From Gemmatimonadota bacterium (GTDB lineage: Bacteria > JBHIER01 > G020348925): a DNA stretch of 64,000 nucleotides. The stretch lies in the NCBI GenBank assembly GCA_020348925.1, contig CP070758.1, positions 3,797,688-3,861,687 on the forward strand, in the 5' to 3' direction. This document shows, one piece after another, positions 1-9,159 of this stretch (the first letter of the stretch is position 1; every line of letters begins with the position of its first letter). The notes beneath the pieces were generated by a model. The model was given only the letters and a program-made list of their open reading frames with translations, was not told the DNA's origin and made no database searches. Made by a program: the position numbers and the translations under genes.

Positions 1-21
1 TTTGGCTCTTAGTCGGAAACA

Positions 22-65
22 TAAAAAAGAGGCACGATTGAGGAAAAAATGGTGCCTCTTTTTTA
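22..65. terminator. Intrinsic terminator-like hairpin
   Basis: Perfect 14-bp inverted repeat TAAAAAAGAGGCAC (22-35) / GTGCCTCTTTTTTA (52-65) with A and T tracts on both sides. Confidence 0.65.
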
Positions 66-125
66 ATGCCTTGCTATTTGAAAAATTTCATTGTATTATT
101 TCTGGAGAAATGAAAGGTATGTTAC

Positions 126-1682
126 ATGTTCCATTTTCCAAAAATATGCATTATTGCTCTCTTCAGTTTCATTCTCCTGTGTTCCTGTTCCTCGAAAAGA
201 AACCCTGTCGTTCTTCGTTTTGGTGTTTCAAGTGCTCCATCATCGTTGGATCCGGCAGAGACGGAGGACTTCGTGGCAAGCAAAATATTGGCCAATATGT
301 TCGATACCTTGGTCAACTATGAGAGGGGTAAGTTTTTCAAGAGGTCAGCCTTAGCCGAATCACTCAGGGTAAATTCTGAAGGAACGATATGGACTTTCTA
401 TCTGCGTCGGGGCATCACTTTTCACGACGGAACCTCTTTCAATGCTGAAGCCGTGAAAATATCCTTCGACAGGCAAATGAATCCGGAGACCGATTTCTAC
501 CTCACTGAAAAAAATGTGTATGGAGGCTCGACCTTGAGTATGATCGAACGCATCGACATACTCGACGAGTTCACAGTCCGTTTTCAACTGCACTATCCAT
601 ATGCTCCTTTTTACCATACGCTGGCCAATTGTTTCGGAGCCTCTATCATCAGCCCATCCGCTCTGAGAAAATTTGGCCCTGAATTCGGGAAACACCCCGT
701 GGGGACAGGCCCTTTTCGCTTGGCCAGCTGGAAAGAGGGAAAATCGATCACCCTGGTGGCACATGAAACCTATTGGGGAGGTCCGCCAAAGATCGACAGA
801 GTAGAATTTGTCATAGTCCCTCAATCCATTGACAGAGTGGAGAAGATGCTTGATGGTTCCTTAGACATCATTGAGGATGTCGGAGCGACTTTGATCGATA
901 AGCTCTATCTAAAACAGGATGTCGAACTAATCTACAGTGAAGATCTCGGGGTGCATGTGCTTGGTTTCAACTGTCAACAAAAACCTTTCAACGATCCAAG
1001 AGTGCGGAAAGCCGTTGCTCTGGCTTTTGATAAAGAGAAATTTGTGCATACGATGCTTCGAGGAAAAGGTCTGGTCGCCTCCAGCCCCCTACCCCCAGCC
1101 CTGGGGACATTTTCTTCGCTATCAGAACAGTTGCCGTATGATCCTGTCGCCGCTCAAAAGCTTTTGGCCCAAGCAGGATATACTCGAGGGTTCTCTGTTG
1201 ACCTGTGGTGTTACTGCATATCGGAACGGGCAGGCGTCCTCCCCTTAGCAATCAAAAAAAATCTTAAAAAGATAGACATCCAGGTCAACATAAAGTATTA
1301 TGAAGATTGGGATGAGTATAATAGAGGCGTTATGAGAGGAGAAGCATCCCTCTTCGTAGACGGATGGAGAGGCAACATAGTAGATCCCGACGGCTTTCTG
1401 TACCCCATTTTCCATTCCCGGGCAAGGAAGAGCGGAGGGAATTTGTTCCATTACTCGAACGCGAGTTTCGATCAATTATTAGAGGAGGCGCGTCGCACAA
1501 TGAATGAACCCACGCGCATGATGCTCTATGATGAGGCACTAAGAATTATTGTTTCGGATTTACCCTGTCTCTTTATCAGTTTCAGTAAAGAGACCTTTGC
1601 CCTTCGAAGTTGTATCGAAGGATTCTCTGTGAATCCTTTGGGTATTGTTCGATTGAATAATGTTGAATACGTACCCCTCTAA
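126..1682 (+). CDS. ABC-type substrate-binding lipoprotein, family 5 (DppA/OppA-like)
   Basis: Lipobox-like LCSC; SLDP, LAES..WTFYLR.G..FHDG, HPVGTGPF, PFND.RVR.A and Y.N..FD.LL motifs. Confidence 0.9.
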   Translation: MFHFPKICIIALFSFILLCSCSSKRNPVVLRFGVSSAPSSLDPAETEDFVASKILANMFDTLVNYERGKFFKRSALAESLRVNSEGTIWTFYLRRGITFHDGTSFNAEAVKISFDRQMNPETDFYLTEKNVYGGSTLSMIERIDILDEFTVRFQLHYPYAPFYHTLANCFGASIISPSALRKFGPEFGKHPVGTGPFRLASWKEGKSITLVAHETYWGGPPKIDRVEFVIVPQSIDRVEKMLDGSLDIIEDVGATLIDKLYLKQDVELIYSEDLGVHVLGFNCQQKPFNDPRVRKAVALAFDKEKFVHTMLRGKGLVASSPLPPALGTFSSLSEQLPYDPVAAQKLLAQAGYTRGFSVDLWCYCISERAGVLPLAIKKNLKKIDIQVNIKYYEDWDEYNRGVMRGEASLFVDGWRGNIVDPDGFLYPIFHSRARKSGGNLFHYSNASFDQLLEEARRTMNEPTRMMLYDEALRIIVSDLPCLFISFSKETFALRSCIEGFSVNPLGIVRLNNVEYVPL

Positions 1683-1759
1683 CCTGTATCAGAAGGTGAC
1701 GCTTTGCGAATACTCCAGGAGATTACTTTGTAAGCACGCTCTGTAATCATGCTCTATCG

Positions 1760-3610
1760 ATGAAACTGCGCATCAAATTTCTGTTGTCAATCTCTCTCCT
1801 TATTCTCATGGTGATCGGTGTTATCGTCATCGTGGTCAATCATCTCGAGGAGCGGTCAATTCTCGAGGACAGGGAGATCAGTGCTTTCGATCTTGTCTAT
1901 GTCCTGGCTCACAGTAGTGTCCAAGCCATTGTGGCCGATGATTATTTGGTTCTGCAGGAAATTCTTGATAGCGTTCACAGCAAAAAAGATATCATACAGG
2001 CCATGATCCTCGATAATGACGGAAACATCCTGGTCCATAATGATACACGGTTGGTCGGTCACACTTTGGCGGACGCACTCTCAACGGATGCTATCCGGGC
2101 GAACTCCGAACGCTCTGTTCGAATCCAACATGGTGGCACAACACCGGCTTGGGACGTATCCGTCCCGGTTATGATTCTGAACAAAAAGGTGGGAACAGCC
2201 AGAATTATCTTCTCGCTGGAGAGCGCCTATAGTGAAATTGCCAAGACGCGAAATACCGTACTGACAATAGGGGCATTTGCATTTTTGAGTGGTATTTTTC
2301 TTTCCATGGTATTAGGAAGGATTATTGCCAGACCTTTGTATAAACTCGTGGATGCCACTCGACGAATTGGAAAAGGCGATTTATCCTACAGGGTTCGAAT
2401 TGATTCCGGCGATGAGATCGGCGAGCTGGCTAAGGCATTCGATCAGATGATCGAGGGTCTGGTCGAGAGAGACACACAACTCGAGGAGAAAATGGCTCAA
2501 CTCTCCGAACTCTCCAGCTACAACGAAAATATCCTCCAGTCGATGAGCAGCGGTGTCATCACCGTCGATCTCAGGGGCAGCATAGTTACGCTCAATAAGA
2601 GTGCCGAGAAAATCACTGGTCTGATGAAAGATGACGTCAAGGGAAAAGATGTGAGATCGATAGTATCCTTCGATCCTTCCTTTCGAGACATCATCTTCAA
2701 GGCTTTGAGTTCCGGAAAAGAGATACGAAACATCGAGGTGAAATATAAGAATCTCCAAGATCGAAAACTTACGCTTCAGGTGAATACTCGACTTCTCAAA
2801 ACTTTTGAGGGCAAAACCATTGGTGTCCTCACCGTGTTCAATGACCTGACCGAGATCAAGAAGCTCGAGGAGGACATGAAACGGGCAGAACGGCTTGCCA
2901 CATTGGGGACGACGGCGGCCTCGATTGCTCATGAGGTTCGGACACCGCTCACTTCACTGAGCACATTTACCGAACTGCTTCCGATAAAGTACAACGATCC
3001 AAAGTTCAGAAAGCGGTTCCAAGCCATCGTGCCAGCGCAAGTGGATCGTTTGATCAACTTGGTGAACGATCTCCTCGACTTCTCCCGGGTCGAAACGCTT
3101 CACTTCCAAGATACCCAAATCAATACAATAGTGAAGGAAGCCGCAGATGTTCTTGCGGAAAAGACGTCGGAATGCGGTGTCCGTATGGACCTTGATCTTG
3201 CCTCGAACCTGCCTGTCATCCGAGTCGACCGAGAACATATTTCTCAGGTCTTCCTGAATGTGATACAGAACGCTCTCCAAGCCATGCCCGACGGTGGGGA
3301 ACTGAAGATCGCCAGTGCCTATGCGGACTATGATGCCTCTCAATGCAAAGACACCGTTGAACGATCCTTATACCCTGGATTCGTCGAAATTTCTTTCTCC
3401 GATAACGGTTTTGGGATTGCTGAGGAAAACATGGAGAAACTTTTTGAACCGTTCTTCAGTACCCGCTCCAAAGGGACCGGTCTCGGCTTGGCCATCAGCT
3501 ACAGAATTGTAAAAGACCATGGAGGTTCCATTCAAGTGCGGAGTGAAGTCGGTCGGGGAACAACCTTTGTCATCTTCTTACCCAAAAGGACCCAGACTGG
3601 GGAAATTTGA
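1760..3610 (+). CDS. Membrane sensor histidine kinase (2 TM, HAMP, PAS, HisKA, HATPase; NtrB/AtoS-like)
   Basis: DEIGELA HAMP, PAS, AHEVRTPL H-box, N box, DNG.GI, LFEPFFST and GTGLGL. Confidence 0.93.
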   Translation: MKLRIKFLLSISLLILMVIGVIVIVVNHLEERSILEDREISAFDLVYVLAHSSVQAIVADDYLVLQEILDSVHSKKDIIQAMILDNDGNILVHNDTRLVGHTLADALSTDAIRANSERSVRIQHGGTTPAWDVSVPVMILNKKVGTARIIFSLESAYSEIAKTRNTVLTIGAFAFLSGIFLSMVLGRIIARPLYKLVDATRRIGKGDLSYRVRIDSGDEIGELAKAFDQMIEGLVERDTQLEEKMAQLSELSSYNENILQSMSSGVITVDLRGSIVTLNKSAEKITGLMKDDVKGKDVRSIVSFDPSFRDIIFKALSSGKEIRNIEVKYKNLQDRKLTLQVNTRLLKTFEGKTIGVLTVFNDLTEIKKLEEDMKRAERLATLGTTAASIAHEVRTPLTSLSTFTELLPIKYNDPKFRKRFQAIVPAQVDRLINLVNDLLDFSRVETLHFQDTQINTIVKEAADVLAEKTSECGVRMDLDLASNLPVIRVDREHISQVFLNVIQNALQAMPDGGELKIASAYADYDASQCKDTVERSLYPGFVEISFSDNGFGIAEENMEKLFEPFFSTRSKGTGLGLAISYRIVKDHGGSIQVRSEVGRGTTFVIFLPKRTQTGEI

Positions 3611-3727
3611 TTGATGCACTCCAACGAAATAAAAGAAGCCTTTCATCCTCTTATATTCGCCATACTGTACATCCGATTTTTCAAGCTTCTGTAAGTACCT
3701 TATTCCCTTTCACCATTTAGGAGAAAA

Positions 3728-5113
3728 GTGATGAATGCAACGATACTCGTCGTTGACGATGAACCGAGCGTCCGGGAAACCCTCATCATGGCTCTCGAGG
3801 ATGAATACGACGTTGTTGCCGTGAGAAGTGGTGAAGAAGCACTCGATCACATATCAAAATCGAAGGTCGATCTCGTCCTTCTCGATATCCTCATGCCCGA
3901 AATGGATGGGTTCGAAACCCTGAAAGCCATCAGAGAGAGGGACGATGAGCTGCAGGTGATCATGGTCACTGCAGTGAAGGAAATCCAGAAAGCGGTGGAA
4001 TCAATCAAACTCGGAGCTTTCGATTATATTTGTAAACCCTATAAGCTTGAAGAGTTGAAACGTTCCATCTCTCGTGCCTTGAAGGTTGAGGAGCTGGAGA
4101 AGGAGAATATCTATCTTCGCTCCGAACTGGACAGTAGATTTCAATCCACGTCCATCATCGGAAAATCGAAGGCGATCCGGGATACTTTGGCTATGATCGA
4201 ACGGATCGCCGGTATGGACTCAACGGTGCTCATTTCAGGGGAGACCGGAACCGGCAAGGAATTGATCGCCCGCTACGTGTGGCAGCGGAGCGCACGCTCC
4301 TCTCGTCCATTTGTGGTCATCAACTGCGCCACTATTCCCTCATCTCTGATGGAGAGCGAACTTTTCGGTCATGAGAAAGGAGCTTTCACATCTGCCGATA
4401 AAAGAAAAACAGGGAAATTGGAGATGGCCGACACCGGAACAGTCTTTTTGGATGAGGTGAGTGCACTTTCCCTGGATATGCAGACAAAATTTTTGCGAGT
4501 GCTTCAAGAGAAAACCATCGAAAGGGTGGGCGGAGGGAGGGTCATTCCTATTGATGCACGATTTATCGCAGCCACCAACACAGATCTGAAAAAAGCCATA
4601 GAGGAAAAAACGTTCCGCGAAGACCTCTTTTACCGCCTCCACGTCGTGCCCATCTGTATCCCTCCCCTCAGAGAACGGAGGGAGGATATTCCACTTCTGA
4701 TCGCCCATTTCTTGGAGCGTTTCAACCGGGATTTCCGCAAAAACATCAAAGGTGTCTGCGATGAAGTTATGGAGATTTGCACCAGTTATCGGTGGCCGGG
4801 AAATATTAGGGAACTGGAAAATTTAATGGAAAGACTCGTTGTTCTGACAACGGAGGAAATAATACCCATGAATATGATACCCCAGAACATGCTTACCAAT
4901 GAGATTGATGCGGCTATTGAAACAATCCCCGAGGAACTGAGTCTCAAGCAGGCCAGGCAAACCTTTGAAAAGAGATATATTGAGAAGTTACTCAAGCTGA
5001 CCAACGGAAACGTGCAGCAAGCGGCAAAATTGTTAGGTGTGCACCGAGCCACCGTTCTCAACAAAATCCAAGAATACGGGCTGAATCGGCACAAATCTGT
5101 CAGTCATATATAA
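3728..5113 (+). CDS. Sigma54-dependent response regulator (REC-AAA+-Fis HTH)
   Basis: VVDDE and LLDILMP receiver, GETGTGKE Walker A, ESELFGHEKGAFTSA, FLDEV, WPGNIREL, C-terminal HTH. Confidence 0.95.
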   Translation: MMNATILVVDDEPSVRETLIMALEDEYDVVAVRSGEEALDHISKSKVDLVLLDILMPEMDGFETLKAIRERDDELQVIMVTAVKEIQKAVESIKLGAFDYICKPYKLEELKRSISRALKVEELEKENIYLRSELDSRFQSTSIIGKSKAIRDTLAMIERIAGMDSTVLISGETGTGKELIARYVWQRSARSSRPFVVINCATIPSSLMESELFGHEKGAFTSADKRKTGKLEMADTGTVFLDEVSALSLDMQTKFLRVLQEKTIERVGGGRVIPIDARFIAATNTDLKKAIEEKTFREDLFYRLHVVPICIPPLRERREDIPLLIAHFLERFNRDFRKNIKGVCDEVMEICTSYRWPGNIRELENLMERLVVLTTEEIIPMNMIPQNMLTNEIDAAIETIPEELSLKQARQTFEKRYIEKLLKLTNGNVQQAAKLLGVHRATVLNKIQEYGLNRHKSVSHI

Positions 5114-5143
5114 TTTCGTTTCCAATCCTTTGAATGCATCGAT

Positions 5144-5275
5144 TGTCATTCCCGTCCCGCAACAACTGCGGGATAAACTCCTGCAGAGCCTGCCCCGTAT
5201 TTATTAGGGGGAATCTCCTCGATATACACAACAGACTCTCAATGAAGGGGATTCCGGGATACACCCGGAATGATA
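5144..5275. repeat. Composite REP-like palindromic element
   Basis: Outer inverted repeat TGTCATTCC...GGAATGATA enclosing hairpins TCCCGCA-acaac-TGCGGGA, CCCC-gtatttatta-GGGG and ATTCCGGG-ataca-CCCGGAAT. Confidence 0.55.
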
Positions 5276-5626
5276 CAGCACAGAATCGTGGACAGTGCCG
5301 TGAAATACTGTTCAAAACCAATGTTCTTTTTCACTCTATGAAATGTGCATGTTACATCACATTTGTGTTGATTTTATGAATAATCCGGGTGAGAGAACGA
5401 AGTTGAAAATCCAGAGAATAATTTGCAATTGTCATTTTTTTTTGACACCCCTCCAATTTCTTTAAAAATCAATAGTTATAAAAAATAATCGCCCCCTATC
5501 CCAACCGTGTCATTTTTTTTCGACACATGTATCACGGTGATCGTTCCAAAAAAGTATGACCAGTGAAATCCCTAACTTCCAAATAATCAAAAGAATCGAC
5601 ATTCTCGTGGGCAGATGTAGGATTCT

Positions 5627-5642
5627 CGGTATTATTTTTGCT
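5627..5642 (+). promoter_or_regulatory. Putative sigma54 (-24/-12) promoter
   Basis: CGGTATTATTTTTGCT has GG-N10-GC spacing with TTGC, about 60 bp upstream of the ATG at 5704. Confidence 0.55.
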
Positions 5643-5703
5643 TTATAGCAATATCTATGTATTTTTGAGAGTTTGGTTGAAACACAGGAGAGGGGTGCAT
5701 GAT

Positions 5704-6450
5704 ATGAACACGGAACGAAGAAGTGTGAAACAATTAAGGCCGAGAAAACCATCAATAATGGTGATCGATGATGATTCGGATGTGAGGGACTCTTTCTCCG
5801 TTATACTTGAGGATCATTGTGACCTTCTTTTGGCAGCAAGCGGTGAAGAAGCCTTGGCTCAGCTTCGGGATCGAAATGATATCAATATGATTTTTTTGGA
5901 CTATAAGCTTCCCAGAATGAACGGACTCGACTTCCTGAAAGCATTACATCAGTATAAAATCAACGTACCTGTGGTCATGGTCACAGGAAGAGGGACAAGG
6001 GATATTGCGGTGAAGGCTTTTCAATATGAGGTGGAAGATTACATCACCAAACCTTTTCGGGTTCGGGATATCCAAAATGCTGTCGTAAAAGTTATCGAAA
6101 AAAGCAGGCCCCACAAAACCACTCTGACCAGAGCGAAGACATTTATCAACAAAAATGTCCATAAAAAAATGTCCACACTGGAGATCGCCAATTCCCTCGG
6201 AGCACAATACAGGGATCTGGTACAGCAAATGAAGGCGGATACGGGTATGACGATTGTTGGATTTAAAAATGCAAGGCGTATCGAATTGGCTAAGAAATAC
6301 TTGCGGGAAAACGATTGGAAACTAGAGAGCGTCTCCACCGCCGTGGGATTCAGAAGACAGAATTACTTTTCGTACGTCTTTCGAAAAATAGCAGGTCTGA
6401 CACCCTCAGCATATCGAAAGCAGTTTCGTAAGTATCCCTTAAAAACATGA
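5704..6450 (+). CDS. Response regulator, REC plus AraC-type HTH (YesN-like)
   Basis: VIDDD, FLDYKLP, TKPF; C-terminal RIELAK..L...VGF...YFS.VFRK..GLTPSAYRK. Start placed at ATG 5704 after AGGAG. Confidence 0.9.
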   Translation: MNTERRSVKQLRPRKPSIMVIDDDSDVRDSFSVILEDHCDLLLAASGEEALAQLRDRNDINMIFLDYKLPRMNGLDFLKALHQYKINVPVVMVTGRGTRDIAVKAFQYEVEDYITKPFRVRDIQNAVVKVIEKSRPHKTTLTRAKTFINKNVHKKMSTLEIANSLGAQYRDLVQQMKADTGMTIVGFKNARRIELAKKYLRENDWKLESVSTAVGFRRQNYFSYVFRKIAGLTPSAYRKQFRKYPLKT

Positions 6451-6489
6451 CTGTTCTGCCTGGGAGAGGGCTCGCAGCTTCATAAAAAT

Positions 6490-8243
6490 ATGGAGAGTGA
6501 ACACCTCACGGCTGCAGGAATCTCAACTGAGGGGATGTTTGAGATTTCGGAAGAGTAATTCCGCAGTCTGTTCAACAATCTCCCAATCGCCTGTTTTGGA
6601 TATGACCGCAAAGGGAGGATCCAAATCTGGAACAGGGGTTATGAAGAACTGTACGGCCTAAAGGCCTGAGAAATAATGGATCCTTCCATTCTGAGGAACG
6701 TTGCCCGCCCCGAAGACCGCCGGGTTCGAAGGAAAACAATCAGAGACGTCTTTGCAGGCAAAAATTTCTACTGTTTGGAATGGGCGGACTGTCGAGCCGA
6801 CGGATCCTCGTGCATTGTTCGCGTGGATACACTCCCTCTCCGTGATACCCAAGGTGAGATCATCATGGGCATATGCGCCTGCAACGATATCAGCGAACAG
6901 AAGCGCAATGAGGAGTTGCTCATAAGAGCCGCCCAGGAATGGCGCGTGCCCTTCGATGCTATGGTCGATTCTGTTTCGATCATCGACACAATATGCCGTA
7001 TCAAGCGGAGCAACAAGACGACGACTCAAATGTTCGGTCTGACCTTTGGAGATCTCATCCACCGCTCATATTATGAAATCTTCCACGGTACGAGGAGTCC
7101 GATAAAGAACTGTCCCTTTCAGACAATGCTCACAAGTCGGACCTCAGAGAGCGGGGAATTCTATCTCGACAACCTGAAAGGGTGGGCTTCGATCACGGTC
7201 GATCCCATCCTTGATGCGCACTTCGGAATTGTAGGAGCCGTTCACATCGTTCGCGACATCACTGAACGTAAGCAGTTACAGAAACAATTGTTGCAATCAG
7301 AAAAAATGTTCACTTTGGGTCAATTGATCTCAGGGGTCGCTCATGAACTGAACAATCCCATGACAGGCATCCTTGGATTTTCCCAGCTCCTGATGACCTC
7401 TCAAGACCTTCCGCGGCAGGCGCAACAATATCTTTCAAAAATCAACCGCGAAGCCGAGCGGACCAGGGGGATTCTTCAGAATTTGCTTACCTTCGCGCGT
7501 CAACGGAAACCTGAGAAGAGAATGGTTCGGCTGAACGAAATCGTCAACCGTACGTTAGAGTTGAGAGCTTACGAGATGAATGTGAGTACCATCGAGGTGG
7601 TTCGAAAATTTGACCCGAAAATCCCTCCCCTTTTGGCTGATGGGCACCAACTCCAGCAGGTCTTTTTGAACATCATCATCAACGCCGAACAAGCCGTACT
7701 GCCATCACATGATGGAGGCAGGCTGACTACGGCTCTCCATCTCTCACAGCATAATATAAGAGCACGGAGGCCCCATTACTGTTGTGAGTGAAAAGGGCCG
7801 AGGGGCCACCTTAACAGTGATACTGCCAGTCGGTACCATTCAAGATTTCGATAATGATGAAGAGCTTTGACCGGTGGTTATCGCGGCTGACACCGCAACG
7901 AAGACCGTCTTGGCTGTTGACGATGAATCACGTATAACAGCACTCGTCAGAGAGCTTCTTGAAAGAGAGGGGCAGAGTGTGGAGATGGCGAATGGTGGAG
8001 AAACAGCCATCAGAAAAATCGATGAGGACTACTTCGATGCCGTCTTCTCCGACCCGACGATGCCGGTCCAAAGCGGGGCTGAGATCGATCTCCAGTGTCA
8101 GGAGAAAAACTGGGACATTATTGCCCCCGGAAGCTCTTCGTTTTCTGAGAAAAAACAGACCGTCATATGTTTCAAAACCTTTTGAAATAAAAAACCTCGT
8201 CTCTTCCGTCAATCTGCGCCTTCGATCGAAGATCTTTACGTGA
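6490..8243 (+). pseudogene. Decayed PAS-PAS-HisKA-HATPase-REC hybrid kinase
   Basis: ATG 6490 is in frame with ORF 6676 but interrupted by TAA 6556 and TGA 6667. HATPase core is deleted near 7720 (GRL jumps to LSISHSII*EHGG in another frame). REC domain is split between ORFs 7874 and 7959. Confidence 0.85.
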
Positions 8244-8481
8244 GTCAACATATTCTGATCATGTGATCGAAGAAATTGTATGACCGCGCCTTTTCAGAAT
8301 GCCATTGTCGAGATGACAGGAGGCACATCACAGCCCATCCGAACCATAAAATTCTCCCCATTAGAACCGCCATGGGCCCACGATTCCCGAATTAAGAAAA
8401 TCAAGTTTTGTTGAATAAAGGGAAACTCATTACCACCTAAATTCTGCAATGTTTCGGTTCAAACATAGCAACAGTCCACTC

Positions 8482-8718
8482 TCAAAAAGTCTCACTGTGC
8501 AGCCGGTGTGATGCTCGCAAGCGTTGTTCAATGCCGTTCTGTTGACAGGTTATCATAAAGGCATGGTGCCTCGGATCACCTCTGTACTCCCTTTCGTTAT
8601 CGGTTTCATATTCTTCGAGGTCAGAGGCACGTTTCTCACTGACCCGTTCGAGGGCCCATTGGGCAGAGGGCTCCGTTTTGTCGGGCAGTACGGCTGCAAA
8701 CAAGTCCCTCGAGAAATC
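8482..8718 (-). mobile_element. IS481-family-like transposase remnant (integrase core fragment)
   Basis: Reads DFSRDLFAAVLPDKT...ETDNEREYRGDPRHHAFMITCQQNGIEQR, resembling the DDxSR...TDNGxEY...F...C...GIEQR rve core; no intact ORF or terminal repeats found. Confidence 0.6.
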
Positions 8719-8916
8719 TCGTCACCGTCCTCGCCTTATTACAGAGAGTATGGGAAGTCCAGAAAGTGGTAACAACGTTGAGGTTTCGTACCAATGAAAT
8801 GATACATCGACCAACCGAAATGTTATTCAGGAACGCAGAAACAAGCTCTCCATTCGCGTCGAGCGAAAATCGGTTCGGCTTTTCCCATGATCAGCAAGGG
8901 AGGTCGCACTCATTAC

Positions 8917-8945
8917 TTGACTTTTCCACATCGCCGGGTTAGTTT
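8917..8945 (+). promoter_or_regulatory. Putative sigma70 promoter
   Basis: TTGACT-N17-TAGTTT upstream of the HisC-like gene. Confidence 0.4.
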
Positions 8946-9159
8946 TGCCTCATAAGACACATCGTATGGGCGATGAATCCTTTTGCCCTCTCAGGGAATC
9001 CAATGGGTGCGATAGACAAAACTTCCGGAATGTTCCAAACCTGCCGGAAGGTCATCCCTCGACTCGCAGCGTTAAAGAATGCCGGGAAATACCGAGGACA
9101 ATGAATTTCCCGGTCCCATCATTTTGGACATAAACCATGGTCACAAAGGAGAGGATGTT

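Noticed and set aside
4369..4400. GAFTSA (and GAFTDA in PilR) as sigma54-independent activators
   Set aside because: The critical F-T pair is kept and fifth-position variants are common; sigma54 promoters are present nearby.
6556..6669. Stop-codon recoding or selenocysteine in the PAS kinase
   Set aside because: Both TAA and TGA occur together with a deletion and frameshifts, and TGA ends many intact genes here.
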